Notes: a model not told the origin generated them from the sequence alone. A DNA stretch of 64,000 bases from a virus (IMGVR_UViG_3300009149_000020:18827-82826); one strand, 5' to 3'; positions 48,449-59,249 are shown, numbered from the stretch's first letter. Numbers and translations: made by a program.

Positions 48449-50371
48449 GTGGTTAAACGATTTCTACTTAAAGGACTTACAATACTTCCTAGGACATTCG
48501 AATTTGAATTCGGCGAAGGTTGCTACCTTTTTAAAGGCAAAAATGGTAAGGGAAAAACTACTGTGTTAGATTCCCTTCATCCAGGCGATTCCTTTATATC
48601 AAGAGGTATTAGCATTCGTGACGTATTGAAAGACGGAGGTTGCAAGGAGATAGTCGTCACAAGGGACACTGAAGATATCCTTACGAGGATTAGAAAGAGA
48701 AAAGGATCTGATGAGTTCTTTATTAGTAGGAATGGTAAGAAACACATACTAACAACAAGCGTTACCGTTTTTAGGAAAGAGATCGACAAACTGTTTCGAC
48801 CCGGAGCGTATCCGTTTATTCAGATACACTCAAAGGACACTAACTTGAGCCAGGTTCAAAATTCTGTGCTCAAACAAAAGCTGCTGAAGTTAGCTGATGA
48901 TGAAATCTTTGAAAACATACGTGCTGTATTAAAGATTAAACTAGACACAGTCTCAAAAGAGATTATACAACTTCAGGGGCAGCTCTCGGGTCTCACTCAC
49001 ACTTACGAGACTATAGAGATTTCGGAAAGTTTAGAGCAGTTGGAAGACTCGTTTGGTAAATTGAAGAAAAAACAAAAACAGGTAAATGTGTTGATAGAGG
49101 AGATGGAAGAAGATAGGACAATTTATAATAGTCTCCTGTCCACACAGACATTGTTACAATCACATGCCAGTAGATTAACTTCTGATATTACACAACTAGA
49201 AAGAGCTCTACCTAGGTTTGATACTATTAAAGCTAAGGCTGAAAAACTTGAAGCTGCTGAGGAATTGCTTGATGAAGTAAACACAAGCTTAAACTCGCTT
49301 AGAGAGCAAGAGTATGCAGAACTGAATGAGGTAGAAAAGAAAGTAAGAGTTATTGACAAACAAATGATGCAAGTAAATCAGAAAGTTGAAACTGCACAGA
49401 AGTATAAGGATGTCCCTTGTACTAAAGATTTACAGAAAACATGTCCACTAATCCCTGACTTAGACTCCTTGGAAGACTTACGAACCCAGCAAGCAACACT
49501 TAGCAGGCAAATGAGTGCCTTAGCAACTGAAAAAGCTGGTGTTATTGTAAAGTATAAAGAGGAGAAGCAAACATTAACTCTTCAGAAGACAGGCCTGGAT
49601 AAACAGATTCCAGAGCTTAGAAAGTTAAAACGGGAGGTTATGCAATTAGAAGGAAGTCTTGATAAATTACCTGAACTGCAGCAGCAGTTAGAGGATTATC
49701 AGGCGAAGTTGAAAACAGCTGCTGAAGAGTTAGAAGCATGTTATTTTTCTTCAACGGACTTAATTGTTTATCAGAGAACGAGCAACGATTTGATTCAAAA
49801 GATTAGTGATTGTGAGCACAAGAAAAAACTTGCGGCACAGCTTGCTAATCTACAGGAGACTAAATCGGGTCTTGACGAATCCTTAGAATGTCTTACTAAG
49901 GTGCAAGATAATAGATTGACTCTTAGTAAGGTTTTCTCTGTAAACGAACTTCCAGCCTTAGTATTGGTGAGTGTACTAGAATCGATTAATGATTACACTA
50001 ATGAGTTACTCGCACAATACCAACCTGAATTCTCCGTTAGAATGTTTCTGAAACCAGATGCTAGACAAACATTAGATGCTGTAGTTATACGAAATGGAAA
50101 AGAGATTCCATTCCCTATGCTATCAGATGGTGAAAGTGTTTGGATAGATAAATTCCTGAGACTAGCTTTTGCACGTATTGCACGAGACAATTATTCTTAC
50201 TTAGACTACCTTTGCTGTGACGAAGGAGAAGGTGCAATAGATAACGAGACTCGTGAAAGCTTTATATTATCTCATCAGGACTTTATCACGCGTTATGGTT
50301 TTAGTCAATTGTTTCTCGTGAGTCACGATCCGAGGGCTGAAAAATTGTTTGAAAAGGTGATTAACTTTTGA
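48449..50371 (+). CDS. sbcC: SbcC/Rad50-like ATPase
   Basis: GKNGKGKTT, long coiled coil, LSDGE signature, CCDE Walker B, VSH. Confidence 0.9.
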   Translation: MVKRFLLKGLTILPRTFEFEFGEGCYLFKGKNGKGKTTVLDSLHPGDSFISRGISIRDVLKDGGCKEIVVTRDTEDILTRIRKRKGSDEFFISRNGKKHILTTSVTVFRKEIDKLFRPGAYPFIQIHSKDTNLSQVQNSVLKQKLLKLADDEIFENIRAVLKIKLDTVSKEIIQLQGQLSGLTHTYETIEISESLEQLEDSFGKLKKKQKQVNVLIEEMEEDRTIYNSLLSTQTLLQSHASRLTSDITQLERALPRFDTIKAKAEKLEAAEELLDEVNTSLNSLREQEYAELNEVEKKVRVIDKQMMQVNQKVETAQKYKDVPCTKDLQKTCPLIPDLDSLEDLRTQQATLSRQMSALATEKAGVIVKYKEEKQTLTLQKTGLDKQIPELRKLKREVMQLEGSLDKLPELQQQLEDYQAKLKTAAEELEACYFSSTDLIVYQRTSNDLIQKISDCEHKKKLAAQLANLQETKSGLDESLECLTKVQDNRLTLSKVFSVNELPALVLVSVLESINDYTNELLAQYQPEFSVRMFLKPDARQTLDAVVIRNGKEIPFPMLSDGESVWIDKFLRLAFARIARDNYSYLDYLCCDEGEGAIDNETRESFILSHQDFITRYGFSQLFLVSHDPRAEKLFEKVINF

Positions 50372-50432
50372 ACCTTTACTAGAAAACACAACAATTAATA
50401 GAACTGTAATTACGCTCAAGGAGTACATATAC

Positions 50433-50993
50433 ATGAAGCTACTAAACGAAATACTATTAACTAAGGATCCCGGCCTTGAAGAGGCCGGGATTTGGCATAT
50501 TACGAAGGTGATTCTTAACTGCGATCATTTCAAGCAAGAACCATCAGTCACGCCAGCAATGGGTATTGACTCTAGGAATTGTCAGTATTGCAAAAAGATG
50601 CAGGAACGCAGTGGTGGTACTAAAGTATTTTGTGGAAGACACTTAATGCTATATGAGCTACGAAAATTCCACGTAAGAGAAGAGACTCCCGTGTTTAAAT
50701 ATAAAGACATTTACTTGTTCTCGCAGAAGTATGCTATTAAATGGTTTGAAAATGTTATTGTTGGATCTTTCTCTGCAAGAAGTATTAATAAGAACGACGT
50801 ATACTATTTACTAAAGTTCTCTTTCTTGTTAAGAGATATACAACCAGTAAATTTTAAAGACGTAGTAGACTTAACATTTTTAGATAATGAAGATGAATTA
50901 CAAATAGATTTAGCAGAAGCATCCCTTGTTATAAAGAATGATAGAAAGGGTGGCTTCACGCTAAAGACTTTTACATCACATGTAGGGGAGTAA
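50433..50993 (+). CDS. Hypothetical protein
   Basis: SD; Cys cluster C..C..C..C. Confidence 0.65.
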   Translation: MKLLNEILLTKDPGLEEAGIWHITKVILNCDHFKQEPSVTPAMGIDSRNCQYCKKMQERSGGTKVFCGRHLMLYELRKFHVREETPVFKYKDIYLFSQKYAIKWFENVIVGSFSARSINKNDVYYLLKFSFLLRDIQPVNFKDVVDLTFLDNEDELQIDLAEASLVIKNDRKGGFTLKTFTSHVGE

Positions 50994-51000
50994 CCAATAC

Positions 51001-51555
51001 GTGCTAGTATACAAAGGAACATTACTTAACAAAACGTCTAAAGGTAATCTTGTGTTCGGAGATGAACACAAATTAATAGATCCGTTCTGTCCTAGTAAGA
51101 ATAGCATCCAAGCTTGTCCAGACCCATACCAATGTTTTCTATACGGTGTATGGGACGAGTTATGGTTAGCTGAAATGAATGTTATTTCTCAAAGTGGTTG
51201 TGTTCTGCATGGAGACCATATAAAATTTTTAAAACAGCTTGAATTTGCAGAAGGTTTGAACATGACTAAGAATATGCCTATGTTTGCATATTATTGGGCT
51301 GTTAATTTTCACGACATTTTAAGTGAAGAAGAACGGGAGCGTCTTATTCCGTATATAACTAAAGACGAGGAATGTGTAATTAGCTGGGCGGAGAATATGG
51401 GTACTTATTTAAACATATTAAAGACAGCTATCTATACTCCACGTTATAGTTACTTATGGAAATTAGAAGGATTTCCGACAACGCCTCACATAGAAGCGAT
51501 GTCTGACGAGTACACACGTGTGACAAAACAATCTTGGAGAAAAAGAAGGCTTTAA
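51001..51555 (+). CDS. Hypothetical protein
   Basis: GTG start, SD. Confidence 0.6.
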   Translation: MLVYKGTLLNKTSKGNLVFGDEHKLIDPFCPSKNSIQACPDPYQCFLYGVWDELWLAEMNVISQSGCVLHGDHIKFLKQLEFAEGLNMTKNMPMFAYYWAVNFHDILSEEERERLIPYITKDEECVISWAENMGTYLNILKTAIYTPRYSYLWKLEGFPTTPHIEAMSDEYTRVTKQSWRKRRL

Positions 51556-51578
51556 CTTTAAAGAGGAACTATACGTAA

Positions 51579-53129
51579 ATGGCAAGACTTGAAGATTACT
51601 TATCTAAGCGAAAGAAAACGATTGAGCCTACAGCTACTCAGGGACCGACGAGTTCTTTTGTTATACAGCAACATACTACTTTTATCAATAAGAAAAATGT
51701 AGGATTTATTGTCTGTTATCCTCATAAATCAAAAGAGGATTCATTTGCCTTTATCTTTGATAACAAACTTTATACTCATAAAGGCATCAAACCAATCACT
51801 GAAGAACTAAATCAAAGCAATGCTCTGCTTATCCCCGTTACCAAAGGTGTCGAATTTGATACAATGCACGATAGAGCAGATTCATCATTGCATTTAATTC
51901 AGAAAATTATACCGCCTTTACGTGCAGTAAATGGTATTGATAAACTTTTATTATTTTATTATGGAGAAAGTAATCTACGCTTACCAACAATTATTGAAGA
52001 AAAAAGCAGAAGAAAGCTTACTGCCTCCCGTAAGGGAGCAGCACTTATTCTTTTTAGAGGAACGGACAATCTACGAACTCATTACGATTTCAGATTACCT
52101 TACGAAGGTGTTTTAAAATCGTGGGCTGTCCCTAAGACATTACCTTCGTGGAGCAGACGAAATGCTCTAGCTATTGAGACAGAAGACCATCCACTCAGTT
52201 ATGGAACATTTAGCGGAACTATTCCCTTTGGTTATGGAATGGGTCAAGTAGAGATTTATGACACAGGTAACATAACTATAACACGTGCAGAAGAAACTGT
52301 GTATGCATTCGAGCTTTTCGGAAAGCATATAAAAGGGAACTACATTTTGAAGAAACAAAAGGATTCAGATGCTAATTGGTTCTTTTCTTTTGCTGCTCCT
52401 AAAAAGAAAGAAGAAGTAGAAAAGCCTACACAGGTTTCCAAAGAGCTTGCTCCTCCTGCGTTTATCCAGGATGAGTACAAAACTCCATCGAGACCTGATG
52501 TATCTTTACAATACAAATATACACCAACCATGTCACCAGTAAGAAGGACATATCAACAGTTTAACGATTCGGTGTTTAAGAAGAACTTTAACCTGCTATA
52601 TTCAGGTTCGTATGAGCTCTTATTATCAACAGAGTTTATACAAGGTAACAAAACCTTCTACCAAATCGACTTAGACTTTGATAGCCTTACAGCCGTTTCG
52701 GCTATTAAACAATTAGCAGGTATGCTTAGACAGCATGACTTAGATAATTTGTTTATTGTACAATGCTCTGGTGGCGGTTATCACGTACGTAGCCTTTTCG
52801 CTATTAGCGGAATTTCTTACCAGCAACTTAAAGACTCAGAGTTCTTTAAACAATTTTCTTACTTAGATATTGTTTCAAGCTTTAGAGTTACGCCCTCGAG
52901 AGTGCCTTATGCCTACTCACAAAAACGAAAGTTTACAAACTTCGCTGTGACGGTACCACAATTCCTCACACTGGATGTTAAGGAAACTATACAATACTTT
53001 TCAGCAACACCTAATAAGATTATGCAGCCAGCAGAGTTTAGAGGTTTGCTTGATTACTTTTATCTTCCTCATGCGTTTATCACAAAGGAGGATGATATCG
53101 CTAGACGATTTTTGAAGTTGATAAAATAA
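51579..53129 (+). CDS. LigD-type 3'-phosphoesterase domain (with large insertion) fused to AEP primase/polymerase-like domain
   Basis: FVIQQH...HYDFRL..GVLKSWAVPK..LAIETEDHPLSY..GYG.G.V.IYDTG; C-terminal IDLDFD and SGGGYHV. Confidence 0.8.
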   Translation: MARLEDYLSKRKKTIEPTATQGPTSSFVIQQHTTFINKKNVGFIVCYPHKSKEDSFAFIFDNKLYTHKGIKPITEELNQSNALLIPVTKGVEFDTMHDRADSSLHLIQKIIPPLRAVNGIDKLLLFYYGESNLRLPTIIEEKSRRKLTASRKGAALILFRGTDNLRTHYDFRLPYEGVLKSWAVPKTLPSWSRRNALAIETEDHPLSYGTFSGTIPFGYGMGQVEIYDTGNITITRAEETVYAFELFGKHIKGNYILKKQKDSDANWFFSFAAPKKKEEVEKPTQVSKELAPPAFIQDEYKTPSRPDVSLQYKYTPTMSPVRRTYQQFNDSVFKKNFNLLYSGSYELLLSTEFIQGNKTFYQIDLDFDSLTAVSAIKQLAGMLRQHDLDNLFIVQCSGGGYHVRSLFAISGISYQQLKDSEFFKQFSYLDIVSSFRVTPSRVPYAYSQKRKFTNFAVTVPQFLTLDVKETIQYFSATPNKIMQPAEFRGLLDYFYLPHAFITKEDDIARRFLKLIK

Positions 53130-53167
53130 GTTATTAATATTACTTAGTTAAGTAGGAGGCACTTTAC

Positions 53168-56074
53168 ATGTATGTAACTTTACTGCCGCAAAAAGATCTG
53201 GTTTCACTACCAGAGGTTACCGCGACGAAACCTTACAGTAAGAAAACTCTCTTTCATCCTGAAGGATTGTATTCTGAACAGATTTTCGGGCCTGTTAATG
53301 ATTATCAATGTCAGTGTAAGTTATACATTGGCAAACTACATGAGGGTAAAATTTGCCCTTTATGTCATGTTAAGATAACAAGCAGCTTAGCAAGATTTGT
53401 TAACTTCGGAAGAATCACACTCGCATATCGCGTAACACACCCTTATATTGTATCCTTTTTGTCGAAAGAGTTCGGACAACAGAAAGTTAAAGGTATTATA
53501 TATGGAAAGAAGTTTTACAAGGTAGCGAACAAACAGCTAGAGGAAGCAGATGAGTCAGATCCCGCTAGTGGTACTGGAGGAGATTTCTTATATAAGAATC
53601 TTTTTAAACTGAACATTAGTGATAAGAACTTCAAGAAGTTTGCAATGCAGTTTAAGGACGAAATGTTTCCTTTACACATTCCGGTCCTTCCTGTAGGTAC
53701 TAGAAATATGTTGAAGGTCGATAACATTATAGTAGTCGACGATCTTAATAATATATATGTACGTATGTTAAGAAAGAACGATGCAACAAAGCGTGTATCT
53801 GTTTTTGAAAAGACATTACTCGTAGAGTATTATGAGATACAAACATTTATAGATGAGTTTTTTCAAAAGGTAGAAGAAAAGTTAAGCAAGAAGAAAGGGC
53901 TAATCAGACAGAACCTTCTAGGCAAACGAGCAGACTTTAGTTCACGTGCAGTTATTGTACCTAACCCTAAGCTTGATTTAAATACAGTGGAACTTCCATT
54001 AGAGATGTGCAAAGAACTTTATAAGTTTCACGTATTATCATATCTGATAAACAACAAACAGCTTCCTCTTATTACAGCATTCGATAAACTAGATACTTTG
54101 TCTGATGATGAGTATGTTGTAATTCTTGACGAAATACTGTCAACGAGTTGCGTTATTTTAAATAGACAGCCAACGTTACACAGATTAGGCATGATATCTT
54201 TCTTCCCGAAAGTTAAAAAAGATACATCAGCCATTGCAATTCCTGTATTGGTATGTCCTCCGTTTAATGCAGACTTTGATGGAGATCAGATTGCTGTATA
54301 TTTGCCGTTGTCGGAAGCAGCATTGGAAGAAACAAGAACATCCTTGCTAGCTGAGAATCAAATTATATCTCCTTCGTCTAGAACTGTTACTTTCCTTCCA
54401 AGTCATGATATCATTCTTGGTTTATATAAACTAACAAAGAAGGGGCCCGACAAAGCAGTATCGGAACTTAGCCCAGCTAAGAAGTTACAGACATTGATGA
54501 CACTTGACCATAATCTATGTGTAACCTACAAAGGAAATGTAACGACTATAGGTAGAGTTATATTTAATAAGATTCTGCGAGAGAAGATTCCTTTCGTAAA
54601 TGAACCTGTAACTAAAACAGTACTATATAACGTTTTACAGGCAATGGGATTAAGACCTTATTTAAAAGACATTCTTGAAGATATAAAAACAATAGGGTTT
54701 ACTACAACCACGCAAATTGGGTCATCCTTTTCAGTTACAGATTTCATGCTTCGTGAAGCTGTTAAAGCAAAAGAAACTATAACGGATGTTCGCGATATGA
54801 AAACTATGGCTGACTTGAGTGATATTATGCAAAATGAGTTGGAGGAGAATCCAGTCTTTGATATGATTAAATCTGGTGCAAGAGGAAGCTGGAAACAGGT
54901 TTCACAGATTTCATTGTTTAAAGGATTAGTTACAGACGTTGTTGGAAATATCCAATCTGATCCTATAACGAATTGTTTGATAGATGGACTTACGCCACAA
55001 GAATTTTTTAGGTCCAGTTACGGTTCAAGAAAAGGTGTTGTCGATAGCAGTCTTAATACAGGCACCTCTGGTCATTTAACACGAAAGCTTATCTTTGCCT
55101 TGTCTCCTTGCATTATCAACAAAGAGTTAGAAGATTGCGGAACTGACAGATTCTTTGATTTAGTTGTTGATGATGGTACAGTAGACTTCTTAAAAGGTAG
55201 GTATATTAAAGAAGGTGTAAAGATAGTTGAAGTTACCAAACCAGAAAAGTATTTAGGTAAAGTGGTAAAGCTACGAAGTCCTATCTACTGTCAAGGAGAC
55301 AGAGGTTTCTGTAAAAAGTGTATTGGTGGTTTTTCATGGGGAGAGCAAGTAGGCATACTTGCCGCACAGGCAATGGGAGAAAGAGCTACCCAGATGACTT
55401 TAAGAACATTTCATATGGGTGGTGTAGCTGAATCAGCTCTTGGAGAATTACTTGATAAACTGAATCATAAATTCCTAGAAATAGAAGATAATAAAATCAT
55501 AGCTTCAAAAGACGGGGATCTGTACTTAGTTGATTCAGACGATGATGCAGAAGAAGATTATTATGCAATTAAGTTCACAGGGCAAAACCCAATAGTGTTT
55601 GAAAAGATCCCTGAGATAGATTTATACCACATAGGTCACTTTACTGAGGGTACGACACTAATGAAAATAGATTTACAGAATCAAGATATTGTTAGTGACT
55701 TACGACAGCTTAGATACTTGCTTGATAATAAGAAAATATGTGCAGAGTATAAAGGTCAAAGCTTTTATAGACTCTTTAACCACTTGCTAACTATTTTCAA
55801 GAATTACGGATTAATTGATATAATCTTTTTGGAAGTGTTGTTATCACAACTTGCTTACTCAGAAAATATTCCTCTGAGATTTACACAAGCAACATTACCA
55901 GATGAGATTAAAACATTATCATCATTGCCGCTGCATACATCCATTATGCAGGGCATGGCTTTTGAAAGGTTCAAGAGCGCAGTCGTAAGAAGTTTGGAGT
56001 GTATTAAAGATCATAAACTCAGTCCTAACAAAACACTTTCTATTCTAGAGAAAATTGTTATGCTAGAGTTTTAA
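53168..56074 (+). CDS. rpoC: Phage-encoded RNA polymerase beta' subunit
   Basis: GLYSEQIFGP, Zn finger, RQNLLGKR.DFS.R, NRQPTLH, NADFDGD, TQMTLRTFH. Confidence 0.95.
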   Translation: MYVTLLPQKDLVSLPEVTATKPYSKKTLFHPEGLYSEQIFGPVNDYQCQCKLYIGKLHEGKICPLCHVKITSSLARFVNFGRITLAYRVTHPYIVSFLSKEFGQQKVKGIIYGKKFYKVANKQLEEADESDPASGTGGDFLYKNLFKLNISDKNFKKFAMQFKDEMFPLHIPVLPVGTRNMLKVDNIIVVDDLNNIYVRMLRKNDATKRVSVFEKTLLVEYYEIQTFIDEFFQKVEEKLSKKKGLIRQNLLGKRADFSSRAVIVPNPKLDLNTVELPLEMCKELYKFHVLSYLINNKQLPLITAFDKLDTLSDDEYVVILDEILSTSCVILNRQPTLHRLGMISFFPKVKKDTSAIAIPVLVCPPFNADFDGDQIAVYLPLSEAALEETRTSLLAENQIISPSSRTVTFLPSHDIILGLYKLTKKGPDKAVSELSPAKKLQTLMTLDHNLCVTYKGNVTTIGRVIFNKILREKIPFVNEPVTKTVLYNVLQAMGLRPYLKDILEDIKTIGFTTTTQIGSSFSVTDFMLREAVKAKETITDVRDMKTMADLSDIMQNELEENPVFDMIKSGARGSWKQVSQISLFKGLVTDVVGNIQSDPITNCLIDGLTPQEFFRSSYGSRKGVVDSSLNTGTSGHLTRKLIFALSPCIINKELEDCGTDRFFDLVVDDGTVDFLKGRYIKEGVKIVEVTKPEKYLGKVVKLRSPIYCQGDRGFCKKCIGGFSWGEQVGILAAQAMGERATQMTLRTFHMGGVAESALGELLDKLNHKFLEIEDNKIIASKDGDLYLVDSDDDAEEDYYAIKFTGQNPIVFEKIPEIDLYHIGHFTEGTTLMKIDLQNQDIVSDLRQLRYLLDNKKICAEYKGQSFYRLFNHLLTIFKNYGLIDIIFLEVLLSQLAYSENIPLRFTQATLPDEIKTLSSLPLHTSIMQGMAFERFKSAVVRSLECIKDHKLSPNKTLSILEKIVMLEF

Positions 56075-56090
56075 AAAGGAGAATACGTAA

Positions 56091-59000
56091 ATGAACCAAA
56101 TGCAAATCTATCCTTTTGAGAGGAAGTCAGACCTGTTAGAATTTTTCGAGTTCGATCAAGATAGGCTTAAGAATAAGATTTTTAAGATTTTTAAGTACCT
56201 GGAATACACAGGTCATGTTGAAGTAAAAGATGTTGAATTCAGCTTTAAACCTAGAGGTCTTAAGTATTATCGTCTATACAAAACTGATACATTTACAGCA
56301 AAGGTTACTTGTCAGGTAACCGATAGAGAAAATGTTATGGAGAAGATATTTTCACTACATTTGCCACTAATGCTAAACAGAAAGTTTATGATCAATGGTT
56401 ATGAGAACACTCCAGTGTTTCAGTTAGTAGACCCCTCCATAGTGTCAAGGCCTGGATTAATTTTTGTAAGATCTGCTTTTAATGATCTATCGATTGTGTA
56501 TGATAAGCTTGGAGAGAAGTGTAAGGCATACATATTCAAGAAGAAGATCCCTCTATCAACAATTCTATTTGCTGTTAATGGTTTTAGAAAAACATGTAAG
56601 CAGTTTGGAGTAGTTGCAAGAAAGAAGAAATATGATCCTGCGGTTGATTCAAAAGAACATAAAATGATCTTCAAGGATAAAAAGAATTCTCAGTGCATTG
56701 AAATTAAGAATATGGATCAACTTGACCCGCTTGGTAAAATGATTTTTATGACAGCTTGCAACGAAACGTATAGAGATGTGCTGGAAGAGTTTGCAACCGA
56801 TTCATACTTTGTAGGGATGCTAGGTTATTACTTCTTTGATAAAAGGAACTTCAAAAAGAAAGGACAAGAGATTTTAGAGAGTCTGGAAAATTCCTTCTTT
56901 GATCCGATTACAAGAGACCAGTTAAATTATGATGGAAACTTTGCAAACTTCTTAATCAAGACTATAACAGATTATAAGTCTGAGCAAGAGTTTGATTTCT
57001 TGGACCTTTCAAGACGTGTACTACGTTTAGAAGACTACTTGCTAACACCTTTATTTAAGAAAGTATTCTCTATTGTTAGAGTTAGCATGAAGTACCCACA
57101 AAGAGTTCATCACATCAAAATTAAACCTGATGAAATAATGAACTCTTTGCCGAAAGCAGAACTCCAACCTCTTGTGCAATATGATTCATCAACAAACCCA
57201 ATAGCGGAAGTAGCTAACTTTTATAAATGTTCTGTTTTCGGAATAGATGGTTTACAAAAAGATCAAGTATCCTTAGCAATGAGAAATCTACATCCTTCCT
57301 ACTATGGGGCGATATGCCCCATAGATACTCCAGATGGTCCTAACTGCGGAGTAGTAACAAACTTAACAGCTACAGCGCAACTTGATCTTGAGACGGGAAA
57401 AGTAGTGCTTGATAAAGAAATGAAAACAAAAGATGTTGTTTCTATTTCAGTAGCAACCATTCCTTTCTTAGAAAAGAATGACGGTGTTAGGTTACAGATG
57501 GGAGCTAATCAAAGTGAACAATCACTTATTCTAGAGAATGCAGACATTCCTATGATACAGACAGGTGTAGAACATATGACTGCAAAAATGAGTACGTTTA
57601 CACGTCGCAGTCCTGTTGATGGCTCAATCCTTTTTGTAAATAAGGACTTCATTATTGTAAAGTCAGATCTTACACAAAAGAATTTCTTAGTTGATACGAG
57701 AGACGAATTTACAAGAAAGAAAGTTTTCAAACAATTTAAAACTTCTGTGAAGGTTGGAGATAAGGTTACCAAGAATCAGATAGTTGCCTACGACAAGTTT
57801 TCAATCAAGGATGAGAAAACCTGCATTGGTAAAAATATGAAAACATGTTTTTATTGCTACGAAGGTTATACATACGAAGATGCTATTGTTATTTCAGAAG
57901 CTGCTTCTGAGAAATTAACACATTGGTCATACAATGTTGCTGACATTCATCTTGAACCACACGAGACATTAAAGAAGCTTAGCACTGGCTATTTACCCAC
58001 ACAAGGTGATGTAATAGTCGATGGATTGGTTGCTCGAAAGTATTCTGTTAAGCCAGAAACCCAAGTCTTATTTGATTTTGATAAAGAGACAAGAGACATA
58101 ACTATTCCTGAAGGATCTGAGATTATGCGTGTAGAGGTTTTTATTAATGATGTGCATGTACTTGATGATGATCTTGCGCAGGTTTTAGATACTATAATGA
58201 AAAAACAGATTGCAGAAGAACAGGCTCAGCTAAATGTAGTAAAAAGATTTATTGATGATCCTTTAACAGCAGAACAGTATAAGACGGAGCTTGTAAGAAG
58301 TAGCAAGATTGGTAAGTTTTATACTAACAAACATTTTGAAGGTGTACTGATTAAAGTTTATTCAAGGAAGAAGCATAAAGTACATGTAGGTGATAAGCTT
58401 GCTAACAGAGCAGGAAATAAAGGTGTTATATCTTTGATACTTCCAGAGTCAGCTATGCCTAGAGATGAGAATGATCAGCCATTCGAGGTTTGCTTAAATC
58501 CTATGGGTGTCATTACTCGAATGAATGTTGGACAGTTATTTGAGTTAACCTTAACTACTGCTTGTAAAAAGATTACAGAGATGATGTCAATCGAAAGCTC
58601 AGGAGCTGCATTACAGTTGATGACAGAGTTTATTGAGCTAATAGACAATACAGAAAAACAATGGTATTCAAAACAAGTAAAAGATAAGATAAAAGGAATG
58701 ACAAAAGCTGAGAAGGACGCTTTGTATAATGACGTTATTCTAAAGGGCCTAACTGTTTATCAGCCACCTTTCTGCTCAATCACTAAGGACAACTATCTAC
58801 AGATGTTAAAAAGGCTAGATATACAAGAAAAGCAGCATTTGTTTATTCCTGCTTATAAAAAGCGAACTACTGAACCAGTAGCATGTGGTTACATGTACAT
58901 GTTAAAGTTATTGCATACGTCAGAGTCAAAAATACATAGTAGAGCAACAGGACCTTATTCACAACTTACAGGGCAGCCTTTGCAAGGAAAAAGGAATCAA

Positions 59001-59249
59001 GGAGCACAGAGGTTAGGAGAAATGGAAATCTGGGCATTAGCAGCACATGACGCATCAGCTGTAATAAAAGAAATCCTAACAATTAAGAGTGATGATGTAA
59101 AGGGTCGTAAGATTATGATTAGAAACTTTCTAGATGCTACACCTATTACTTTACCTAACTCTGAATCTTCTTTGTCGAAGAATATATTCCTGGCTTACCT
59201 TAAAGGGTTGATGCTTGATTTGAAAAGATTCGATACTGAGGAGGATTGA
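56091..59249 (+). CDS. rpoB: Phage-encoded RNA polymerase beta subunit
   Basis: HPSYYG.ICPIDTPDG.NCG, IPFLE.ND..R..MGAN, YEDA, GDKL..R.GNKG, R.GEME.WAL. Confidence 0.95.
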   Translation: MNQMQIYPFERKSDLLEFFEFDQDRLKNKIFKIFKYLEYTGHVEVKDVEFSFKPRGLKYYRLYKTDTFTAKVTCQVTDRENVMEKIFSLHLPLMLNRKFMINGYENTPVFQLVDPSIVSRPGLIFVRSAFNDLSIVYDKLGEKCKAYIFKKKIPLSTILFAVNGFRKTCKQFGVVARKKKYDPAVDSKEHKMIFKDKKNSQCIEIKNMDQLDPLGKMIFMTACNETYRDVLEEFATDSYFVGMLGYYFFDKRNFKKKGQEILESLENSFFDPITRDQLNYDGNFANFLIKTITDYKSEQEFDFLDLSRRVLRLEDYLLTPLFKKVFSIVRVSMKYPQRVHHIKIKPDEIMNSLPKAELQPLVQYDSSTNPIAEVANFYKCSVFGIDGLQKDQVSLAMRNLHPSYYGAICPIDTPDGPNCGVVTNLTATAQLDLETGKVVLDKEMKTKDVVSISVATIPFLEKNDGVRLQMGANQSEQSLILENADIPMIQTGVEHMTAKMSTFTRRSPVDGSILFVNKDFIIVKSDLTQKNFLVDTRDEFTRKKVFKQFKTSVKVGDKVTKNQIVAYDKFSIKDEKTCIGKNMKTCFYCYEGYTYEDAIVISEAASEKLTHWSYNVADIHLEPHETLKKLSTGYLPTQGDVIVDGLVARKYSVKPETQVLFDFDKETRDITIPEGSEIMRVEVFINDVHVLDDDLAQVLDTIMKKQIAEEQAQLNVVKRFIDDPLTAEQYKTELVRSSKIGKFYTNKHFEGVLIKVYSRKKHKVHVGDKLANRAGNKGVISLILPESAMPRDENDQPFEVCLNPMGVITRMNVGQLFELTLTTACKKITEMMSIESSGAALQLMTEFIELIDNTEKQWYSKQVKDKIKGMTKAEKDALYNDVILKGLTVYQPPFCSITKDNYLQMLKRLDIQEKQHLFIPAYKKRTTEPVACGYMYMLKLLHTSESKIHSRATGPYSQLTGQPLQGKRNQGAQRLGEMEIWALAAHDASAVIKEILTIKSDDVKGRKIMIRNFLDATPITLPNSESSLSKNIFLAYLKGLMLDLKRFDTEED

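Noticed and set aside
51675-52079. Intein in the LigD-like gene
   Set aside because: No N-terminal Cys/Ser block, no terminal His-Asn followed by Cys/Ser/Thr, no LAGLIDADG motifs
53168-59249. Cellular rpoBC operon (bacterial chromosome)
   Set aside because: Order reversed, subunits short and divergent, no flanking ribosomal protein genes, phage-type neighbours
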